Source: an uncultured archaeon
GTDB lineage: Archaea; Asgardarchaeota; Thorarchaeia; Thorarchaeales; Thorarchaeaceae
DNA: 32,000 nt
Direction of reading: 5' to 3'
Assembly (NCBI GenBank): GCA_964354495.1
Contig: CAYHAA010000001.1
Span: 487,049-519,048, forward strand
The translations under genes were made by a program, and so were the position numbers. Positions 24,748-32,000 of this stretch are shown piece after piece (the stretch's first letter is position 1; every line of letters begins with the position of its first letter). The notes under the pieces are model-generated. The model did no database searches. It was given only the letters and a program-made list of their open reading frames with translations, and was not told the origin of the DNA.

Positions 24748-26136
24748 TTGTTTGATATATTGGAATCTGCTGCTGAAAAGGGACGTGACCTAGGTGCCAC
24801 CTATGTTGAGCTGCGTGGAGAATCCGGCTTCATTGAATACATCCAGATGGATGATTCTCGTATCGCGGCTCTGACTCAGCGTCTTGAACGCGGAGTGGCT
24901 GTAAGAGCGCTGGTAGATGGGGCCTGGGGTTTCGTGTCTACGGGCAACCTCGACTTGCTTGACAAAGCCGTTTCGAATGCCATCGGAATGGCAAAGGCGG
25001 CAGCCCGCACTAGGAGAGAGCCGATTGAACAAGCCGAAGTCAAGGTATACGAAGACGTGATTAAGGAAAAACCGAAGCGGGATCCACTTCATGTGCCCAT
25101 CGAAGAGAAGATTGGATACATGAATGACACGACAAAGGTGATACGAGACTATGACTCACGAATCACTGCTGTCACTGTCAAGATTCGAACTGCTTCAGGT
25201 CAGAAGTACCTTGTGACTTCTGAGGGGACTAGAATTCAAGCTCCCTCTCTTCTTGTCTGGACATACCCATGGGTCAGCGGCAAAGACGGCATACGTCTAA
25301 GTGCGGCGCGATACGAAGATGCTTCGACACATCAAGGCTGGGAGTTCCTTGAGAATATTGCTACTCCTGAGGTCATTGGTACTGCAGTAGCCAAACGTGT
25401 GAAGCAACAACTTGATGGTGTCGCTGCCAAGAGTGGAGCCTTTCCATGTGTATGTGGTCCTCGCGTGATAGGTACTCTTGCGCATGAGGCGTTGGGCCAT
25501 CTGGCAGAAGCTGATCTGACAGTGAACAGCTCATTTGCAGGCAAGCTTGGGGAAGTTGTAGCATCTGAGGGCGTAAGTATGACCGATAATGGCAAGAATC
25601 GAGGTCAGACTGGCGTGTCAAAATACGATGATGAAGGCGTGCGTGCCAGTCGTGTCGAGATAATCAAAGACTCCGTTCTTACAGAGCTAATGACAAATAG
25701 AGAATATGCAGCCAAAATCGGTCGAAGGACAACAGGCAATGCTCGTGCCGAGAGCTACCTGTATCCCCCCATAATCAGGATGCGAAGCACGTATTTCGAA
25801 CTTGGTGAGCATTCGCAGGAAGAGGTCTTTGAGGGCATCAAGTTTGGATACTACTGTTCTGACTTTAGAGGCGGGCAGGCCCAGACGAATGCGAGTTTCC
25901 AGGTAGGGATTCAGGAAGCATATGAGATAGTGAATGGAGAAGTCGGACGTCCAGTGACAGATCTCTCAATATCAGGTATCGCAACAGACTCTCTATTCAA
26001 GATTGAAGCGATTTCGAAGGAACCCTTCGCATACGAGGTTGGCAGATGTGGAAAGGGACAAGAAGCTTTTGTTTCCTCTGGAGGTCCTGACATTCGATTC
26101 GGCGCTGGAGGAATCACTTTTGGAGGCAAGAGCTAG
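24748..26136 (+). CDS. tldD: TldD family metalloprotease
   Basis: GVAVRALVDGAWGF, LAHEALGH (HExxxH), YDDEGV, GNARAESY..P..RM..TY, GRCGKGQ, VSSGGP. Probable start TTG 24748 after GGAGTT; alternative TTG 24724. Confidence 0.93.
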   Translation: MFDILESAAEKGRDLGATYVELRGESGFIEYIQMDDSRIAALTQRLERGVAVRALVDGAWGFVSTGNLDLLDKAVSNAIGMAKAAARTRREPIEQAEVKVYEDVIKEKPKRDPLHVPIEEKIGYMNDTTKVIRDYDSRITAVTVKIRTASGQKYLVTSEGTRIQAPSLLVWTYPWVSGKDGIRLSAARYEDASTHQGWEFLENIATPEVIGTAVAKRVKQQLDGVAAKSGAFPCVCGPRVIGTLAHEALGHLAEADLTVNSSFAGKLGEVVASEGVSMTDNGKNRGQTGVSKYDDEGVRASRVEIIKDSVLTELMTNREYAAKIGRRTTGNARAESYLYPPIIRMRSTYFELGEHSQEEVFEGIKFGYYCSDFRGGQAQTNASFQVGIQEAYEIVNGEVGRPVTDLSISGIATDSLFKIEAISKEPFAYEVGRCGKGQEAFVSSGGPDIRFGAGGITFGGKS

Positions 26137-26145
26137 GAGGCATCA

Positions 26146-27507
26146 ATGATGACAAAAGAAAAAGAACTTCTAGGACTCTGCAGCTATGCAGTATCGACCG
26201 GAGTAAAGTTGGGAGCCACCGCAGTCGAGTCTCTTGCTCAGTCGCAAAACGAATTGGAAACAAACATTGAGCTCTCTCAGATCAATAGTGTAAATCAGAG
26301 AACTGGAACTGACATGGCAATTCGTCTGTTCATCGGGAAGCGAATGGGTTCGGCCTTCACAAACATACCTTCGAAGGAGAGTGTGAAGGATGCTGTTCAG
26401 CTGGCGCTAGCGGCAGCTAGGGTGACAACGGAAGATGAAGACTGGATCTCTTTCCCGCAACCGCAGAAGTATCCCACAATCGAAGGTCTTTGGCATGATG
26501 ATGTGGTCAAGACCAAGCCAGGCAAAATCGTAGATCTGACTGGCAGGTTGATAGCTGCTGCCACTGCAAGCGAATCCGGCCTTGTTGTCATAGCCGGCGG
26601 TTCTGGTACTGCATCCTTTACAAGCGCATACGCTAACAGCAACGGTGTCAAATGTGCTGAGAGTGGAACCGTGGCATACTTGGCTGAAGCTGCCATAGCC
26701 CAGATTGAATCTGGAGCCACTCCCTTGGTACAAGCATATGATGTCCGAAGAGACCTCTCTCTCGACCTGGAAGGCACAGTAAAGACAGTAGCCGAAAAGA
26801 TTCGGATCTGCAAAACAAAAGCAAAGGGAAAGACCGGTAAATACCCCGTTGTCTTTCATCCTGGTGCGTATTCACAGCTCTTGAATTATACCCTGATGGA
26901 AAGTGTCCGCGGCGACAATGTTGCCCGGGGTAAGTCCAAAATCGCGGACAAGATTGGTGATGTAATTGCATCCCATCTCTTCACGCTTATCGACGATGGT
27001 TTGATACCTGGCGGCGCAGCGACATCTATTGCTGATGATGAGGGTGTGCCTCGGCAGAGAACGCCAATTATCGAGAAGGGTATTCTCCGTTCATTCCTCT
27101 GGGATACGTACTGGGCCAATAAGATGGGCGTGCAAAGCACTGGCAATGCGAAGCGGGGTATGCGACAAGGTCTCGTAGAAATCGGAAAGACTACGCTAGT
27201 AATCACACCAGGAACACGAGATATCGAAGAAATCATTGCGGGCCTGGACTATGGTTACTATGTCCTTGATGTTCAGGGTGCTCACAGCTCGAATCCTGAA
27301 TCTGGCGATTTCAGCATCGTTGGAAATCCTGCGTTCCTCATTGAGAATGGCAAATTCACTGGCGCTGTTGATGGTCTCATGGTATCCGGCAGCATATTCG
27401 AAGTTCTCAAGAAGATAGTTGAGGTTGCAGAGAAGCCTATCAAATTGACCTCTTGGATAGCGCCTGAGTTTGTCGTCAGCAGTGTCGATATTACTGCCAA
27501 AGAATGA
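26146..27507 (+). CDS. pmbA: PmbA/TldE family protein (non-catalytic partner of TldD)
   Basis: Directly follows tldD. AYANSNGV, ARGKS, TLIDDG, DDEGVP, GIL.SFL.D, TGNA.R, NP.SGDFS motifs, and no HExxH. Confidence 0.9.
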   Translation: MMTKEKELLGLCSYAVSTGVKLGATAVESLAQSQNELETNIELSQINSVNQRTGTDMAIRLFIGKRMGSAFTNIPSKESVKDAVQLALAAARVTTEDEDWISFPQPQKYPTIEGLWHDDVVKTKPGKIVDLTGRLIAAATASESGLVVIAGGSGTASFTSAYANSNGVKCAESGTVAYLAEAAIAQIESGATPLVQAYDVRRDLSLDLEGTVKTVAEKIRICKTKAKGKTGKYPVVFHPGAYSQLLNYTLMESVRGDNVARGKSKIADKIGDVIASHLFTLIDDGLIPGGAATSIADDEGVPRQRTPIIEKGILRSFLWDTYWANKMGVQSTGNAKRGMRQGLVEIGKTTLVITPGTRDIEEIIAGLDYGYYVLDVQGAHSSNPESGDFSIVGNPAFLIENGKFTGAVDGLMVSGSIFEVLKKIVEVAEKPIKLTSWIAPEFVVSSVDITAKE

Positions 27508-27621
27508 GTCAAAGACATGCGAAGATCCCCCGTCTGTTCATACTCTCCCATAGCGCCAAGGACAAAAGCATATCAGTCACAGACTGGGAGCAGGAAAGAC
27601 AACCATCCTCGAGGAACACCG

Positions 27622-30600
27622 ATGTATCGAAGCCACCTCATAGTTGCCATACTCATAGTATCAATCCTACCTTTATCCGGAAACTCAGTAGTGCAGCACA
27701 GTACGTACTATAGTCCTATCGCGGATGGCTACCTGATTGAGGCAAGGCTCCAGATGGAGATTGCTACGGCACAAGAGAGTGGCGCGAGCGCAATCCTTGA
27801 GTTCAGGAAGCCTCTCTCATCGATGGAGGTTGCACAAGCAGAGTCGCTCGGGCTTGAGTTTGCAAGGCGCGGATCCACAGTGATCAATGTTGGTCGCATC
27901 TATTCAGCCAGAGTCACCTCGATTGACGTCCTAGAGCGTCTCTCCCCTCTCGGACTTGTCCGGGCTACTTCTGGCACAAAACAGTATGTTCCATCCCTTC
28001 AAAGCTCTGTATCGGAGATTCACGCTGATGATGTGTGGAATAACCTGCAGACTGATGGTCAGACTGTGAATGGCTCTGGCGTCACTGTGGCAGTAATAGA
28101 TACTGGAGCAATGTGGACACATCCGTCCTTTTGGCGGCAGTATCCTGACCAGTTTGACTTCCTCCTATCAGGACCCGATTACTTTATCGACCTTAATAAC
28201 GATTCAGTTGCTGGCCCAGGCGAAGGTCCAATTCGAACTGTCAACTCGCAGTCAGGACCTATGATAAGTTATGCATTGGATTACATGTATGCCAATAATG
28301 ACGGTGCAACTGGTTTCAACTACGCAGCTGGGGACAGATGGATTGGAGGGATTGATGCGAACTTAGATAGTTCAATCGACCTATCCTCTGAGAAAGCAGT
28401 GATTCTGAACATTTCAAAGGTTACCTTGTTCTATGATCAGGAGGAATCACTTGTCTATGCACGTGGAGTCAATCTGACTCTAGCTCCCGCTTTGGGAGAC
28501 ACGAACGGTCACGGCACGCATGTTGCATCAACAATTGCGGGGGGTCAGCCCGGTCTTACATCCTATGTGGGCGTAGCTCCTGGAGCTGACCTGATTATCG
28601 TTCGCAGCCCTCTCCAGTCAGCAGACATCATCGATGGGATTAGTTTTGCAGTAGAGAACGGCGCAGACATCATTAACATGTCATTCTCCTCGTATCTCGG
28701 TTTTCTTGACGGAACTGATCCTGAAGATCTTGCAATCACAGAGGCCTTTCTCAGTCATGGGGTCTTGTCAACGGCAGCGGCGGGCAATCTGGCCACCCAC
28801 GATAAACATGCACGTATCAGCGTATCCTCCGGTTCGTACAATACTGTCGGTCTGGATGTCTACAGTGAACCTGATTTTTCTTTCTTGAGTCTACTATGGC
28901 AGTCTATAGATCGCGATGAGCATGTGATCTTGAGTTACTCCTCGAGTGAACCGATTGATCTTGGGAAGTACTCAGACATAGCAGGACGTTCTTTCTTCCT
29001 GGACACGGAGAATCTCTCTGCATATGTGTTCTGCGAGATCAGTCCACGCGGGATGAATAACATCATCATCCAAGTTTCGACCGCTGAACATGATTGGCTT
29101 GATGGACATTGGACTATCCGAGTCGAAAACCCCGAAGGAGATACAGTCTATGTTGATGGCTATGCATGGGATGGCGACTGGGGAACTTCCTACATGACCT
29201 TCAGTGACCATATTGAAGATTTGCAGACTATCAGTGGCCCTGCCACTTCAGACTTTGCCATTGCTGTGGCATCATTTGATGAGGGCTCTGGAAGTATAAG
29301 TTCTTCATCAAGCAGAGGACCCCGCATTGATGGTGCACCTAAGCCAGACATTTCAGCTCCTGGCGTGGGAATAACCGCCGCAAGTAATAGTGTATCTTCA
29401 CTCTGGATTTCAAAGGGAGGTACTAGCATGGCTTCTCCGCATATTGCTGGAGTCCTTGCTTTGATTCGTCAGGCTGAAGGTACGTCAAGCAAATGGACCG
29501 ACTACACTGCCTTAGTCAATGGTGCTGGAGGCAGATTGTCACACTATGAACGGCCCTCCGTGTATTGGGGCCATGGACTCTGCGACGCGGCTTTCTCCGT
29601 CATGCACGTTCTCAATGAAACCCTTGAGAGTGGCTCTTCACAATCAGATTGGGCACTCGTTGAGGATTTGGTGAGCGACCCTGTGGATTCAGCAATTTCG
29701 GGAGAGCTGGACATTCTCTCGGTCAAGGTAATGCAACAAATCAGGTCTATAGGCTTTGCAGCAACGACAAGGTCTGCCAGTGATTTCAGTGGGACTGATA
29801 TGCTGAGTATAGAGTGGGACTCTGACTCAAATGTATCTACTGGAGTCAATGGAGCAAATGTACTGTTCAACTTGACTGGAAACACGCTATCTATCTTTGA
29901 GTGGTCCGGGTCATCATATGAATCATCAGCACTACTTGGTTCGTGGTGGCAGGATGGAGTAATGACCGCGATGAGGATCGAGGGTCTCCAAGATGTGGAG
30001 CGGGGAAGCATCATCTGTGCCACTCACAATTCAGCAAAATCCTACCTTGACCAGACTGGAGTCGGAGTCCTTTCTGACCAATGGCGTCCACTGATTGACA
30101 GCCTATTGATGACACCTGTTGACACTTCTCTCTCTGTCGTGATAAAGGCTGATGACCGAGACTCGTCGGTGGACATGATGACCATTGGCGTAAGTGTCGT
30201 AGACGGTTCATATGAGGTGCTCCAATCCTCGATCGTGAATGGAAATGTATCTATCGAACTAGTCATAGAGTCCGATACTCTCGTGACACCGTACATCAAC
30301 AGCCTCCTCTTCAATCTAACATCCGAATCAGAATCACTCTTCTCACCACTAGTCATGCTCTCAGGGTCGGCTGGCGGATTCATGAGAATCACGAGCGCAT
30401 CATTGGATACCTCAATAGTCCGTGTCGGCCTTCTCCATAATGAGCAGATATCCGGTCAATTCACGCTAGAAGGATTTGCGCTCGCAACTGATGTCTTGAT
30501 AGGCTTCCGTTATTCCTCTGGTCTGTGGTTTAATTTCACGCTTCCAGGTATCGAGGGTCTCTATGAGTTTCTCATTACTCCCGCAGGGTTTCCTGCAGGT

Positions 30601-30783
30601 AATTATGATGTCTATGCTATCGCCAGAGGTGCTGCAGCGTATACGACCGAGCTGAACTTCGCTACACTGTCGATCATTGAGGATAATACAGCAATCATTA
30701 TGGGAATCGGACTGGTGGTTATTGCCATTGCAGTTATCTTGGTCATGAGAAAAATGAGAGATAGAAGAGGTTTTGAATCATGA
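27622..30783 (+). CDS. Large membrane-anchored S8 (subtilisin-like) serine peptidase
   Basis: Signal-peptide-like N-terminus from ATG 27622 (MYRSHLIVAILIVSILPL). Triad VAVIDTG (D 28099), NGHGTHVAS (H 28510), GTSMASPHIAG (S 29425); oxyanion AAGN; SSRGP..DG.PKPDISAPG. C-terminal TM helix plus basic tail RKMRDRR. Confidence 0.93.
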   Translation: MYRSHLIVAILIVSILPLSGNSVVQHSTYYSPIADGYLIEARLQMEIATAQESGASAILEFRKPLSSMEVAQAESLGLEFARRGSTVINVGRIYSARVTSIDVLERLSPLGLVRATSGTKQYVPSLQSSVSEIHADDVWNNLQTDGQTVNGSGVTVAVIDTGAMWTHPSFWRQYPDQFDFLLSGPDYFIDLNNDSVAGPGEGPIRTVNSQSGPMISYALDYMYANNDGATGFNYAAGDRWIGGIDANLDSSIDLSSEKAVILNISKVTLFYDQEESLVYARGVNLTLAPALGDTNGHGTHVASTIAGGQPGLTSYVGVAPGADLIIVRSPLQSADIIDGISFAVENGADIINMSFSSYLGFLDGTDPEDLAITEAFLSHGVLSTAAAGNLATHDKHARISVSSGSYNTVGLDVYSEPDFSFLSLLWQSIDRDEHVILSYSSSEPIDLGKYSDIAGRSFFLDTENLSAYVFCEISPRGMNNIIIQVSTAEHDWLDGHWTIRVENPEGDTVYVDGYAWDGDWGTSYMTFSDHIEDLQTISGPATSDFAIAVASFDEGSGSISSSSSRGPRIDGAPKPDISAPGVGITAASNSVSSLWISKGGTSMASPHIAGVLALIRQAEGTSSKWTDYTALVNGAGGRLSHYERPSVYWGHGLCDAAFSVMHVLNETLESGSSQSDWALVEDLVSDPVDSAISGELDILSVKVMQQIRSIGFAATTRSASDFSGTDMLSIEWDSDSNVSTGVNGANVLFNLTGNTLSIFEWSGSSYESSALLGSWWQDGVMTAMRIEGLQDVERGSIICATHNSAKSYLDQTGVGVLSDQWRPLIDSLLMTPVDTSLSVVIKADDRDSSVDMMTIGVSVVDGSYEVLQSSIVNGNVSIELVIESDTLVTPYINSLLFNLTSESESLFSPLVMLSGSAGGFMRITSASLDTSIVRVGLLHNEQISGQFTLEGFALATDVLIGFRYSSGLWFNFTLPGIEGLYEFLITPAGFPAGNYDVYAIARGAAAYTTELNFATLSIIEDNTAIIMGIGLVVIAIAVILVMRKMRDRRGFES

Positions 30784-32000
30784 GAGTAGTAATAGTTGGC
30801 TACGGTCCTGGTGGAGCAGCTGCAGCAATTGCAGCAAGGATGTTCGATCCCGAAGCCGACGTAAGAATCCTGACTGAGGAGGTTATTGACGCCCACAAGA
30901 AACCAGGTGCCTCGCTTGCTTTGGAGTTCCCAGATACAAAGGATCTATCAATCAACGACTGGTCCATAAGCTCACTTGAAAAGAAACGCATCGATGTTGT
31001 CACTGGTACGAGCGTCATTGGCGGAAATCCGAAGTCAAGAACGCTCAAGGCAAAGAACGAGCAGGGCAAATCGACAGTGAAGTATGATTGTCTCATCTTA
31101 GCCACTGGAGGCATTCCGAATGTCCCAGAGATACCAGGAACTAATCTGCTTGGCATATTCACGATTCAGAACATGGCTGACACAAGCGAGATTGGCAGAC
31201 AACTCTCACAAATGAACAAGGTTGTCATTGTCGGTGCTGGATTCAGTGGTCTTGAAGCTGCAGAGAGACTGATTGCTCTTGGCAAAGATGTGCACATGAT
31301 TGTCCGTTCACGTCTCATGAGAAGGCAACTGGAGGATTCGATGAGTGATGAACTCCAATCAAGGCTGCCCGAGAGCCTCAGGATGCACTTTGGTAATTCT
31401 CCAACAGCGGTTTGCGGCGACAAACGCGTTCAGGGTATTCTTCTTGGAGACGAACAGATTGATGCGGATGCTGTTCTTTTCATGACTGGCGTCAGACCCA
31501 ATACAGCTCTTGCTCAACAACTTGGTACCAATATTGGTAGTCTTGGCGGAATTCTCGTTGATGAGCAGATGCAGACCTCTGTCAAGGGCATCTTCGCTGT
31601 GGGGGATTGCGTAGAGATGAAGGACTCGTATACCGGATTCAATCTTCTTCTTCCGGTTGGCAGTGTCGCAGCGAGAGCGGGAAAACAAGCTGGCGTTGCG
31701 GCAGTGGGAGGCACCAAGATATACGGAGACACATCAATGCGACTTCAATACGACAGAATCTTTGGAAATGATGTTGTCTGTGTCGGTCATTCCTCGACTA
31801 GCGCTAAGGACTTGGGTGTCAAGACGAAAGTCCAGTATGTTGAGGATCCTAGTGAGTTTAGCAAGGCCGCGCTCGTTATCGGACCAAGGGGTCAACTGAT
31901 TGGCGGACAGGTGATAGCCCCTAGACAAGGTGCTCGGCTTGGATATGAGATTTTGGAACGTGTTGAAAGCAAAGCCAAACTCAAGACTCATCCGCTTCTT
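30780..32000 (+). CDS. FAD-dependent pyridine nucleotide-disulphide oxidoreductase (NADH oxidase/CoA-disulfide reductase/rubredoxin reductase-like), 3'-truncated
   Basis: Translated by hand; absent from the ORF track because it has no stop in the window. MRVVIVGYGPGG, YDCLILATGG, VVIVGAGFSGLE, MTGVRPNT, VDEQMQTSVKGIFAVGDC. The ATG overlaps the S8 stop (ATGA). Confidence 0.92.
   Translation, partial: MRVVIVGYGPGGAAAAIAARMFDPEADVRILTEEVIDAHKKPGASLALEFPDTKDLSINDWSISSLEKKRIDVVTGTSVIGGNPKSRTLKAKNEQGKSTVKYDCLILATGGIPNVPEIPGTNLLGIFTIQNMADTSEIGRQLSQMNKVVIVGAGFSGLEAAERLIALGKDVHMIVRSRLMRRQLEDSMSDELQSRLPESLRMHFGNSPTAVCGDKRVQGILLGDEQIDADAVLFMTGVRPNTALAQQLGTNIGSLGGILVDEQMQTSVKGIFAVGDCVEMKDSYTGFNLLLPVGSVAARAGKQAGVAAVGGTKIYGDTSMRLQYDRIFGNDVVCVGHSSTSAKDLGVKTKVQYVEDPSEFSKAALVIGPRGQLIGGQVIAPRQGARLGYEILERVESKAKLKTHPLL

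Noticed and set aside
26397-27551. Several 60-150 aa ORFs overlapping pmbA (similarly within S8, serC, M20 and others)
   Set aside because: Alternative-frame or antisense shadows of well-supported genes with no independent motifs.
24748-30783. tldD-pmbA plus protease and small ORFs as a RiPP (microcin-like) cluster
   Set aside because: TldD/PmbA are widespread housekeeping proteases in archaea. There is no YcaO, radical SAM enzyme or credible precursor peptide nearby.
1-32000. tRNA, rRNA, CRISPR array, integrase, IS element, defence system
   Set aside because: No cloverleaf or T-loop signature, regularly spaced repeats or corresponding protein motifs were found by eye. tRNAscan-SE or a CRISPR finder would be decisive.

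Overview
Archaeal chromosomal window. Evidence: GGTGA/GGAGG Shine-Dalgarno motifs, TATA-like boxes, a TFS/RpoM-type zinc-ribbon gene and an archaeal GTPBP1/2-type GTPase. The gene repertoire suggests an Asgard lineage such as Thorarchaeota, but this is inference only. The window has two halves. (1) About 1-14800 is an apparently AT-richer, probably accessory cluster of 13 genes for uptake and breakdown or modification of amino-acid/peptide derivatives: family-5 ABC solute-binding protein, amidohydrolase, extended SDR, MmgE/PrpD, TIGR04076 protein, Cys-tailed hypothetical, AstE/AspA deacylase, uncharacterised fold-type I PLP enzyme, divergent cysteine-synthase-family enzyme, M24 peptidase, cupin, M20 hydrolase with non-canonical metal ligands, and an MFS transporter. 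(2) About 15200-32000 looks like core genome: wHTH protein, bacterial-type serC with DUF1015, a TFS paralog lacking its C-terminal ribbon, prenyltransferase/squalene-oxidase-repeat protein, several hypotheticals, a GTPBP1/2-like GTPase with an N-terminal Schlafen/AlbA-like domain, tldD-pmbA, a large membrane-anchored S8 protease, and a 3'-truncated FAD oxidoreductase absent from the supplied ORF track. I saw no rRNA, tRNA, CRISPR array, integrase or transposase. One candidate box C/D sRNA lies at 4201-4266. All family calls come from motif recognition by eye; no database searches were run.
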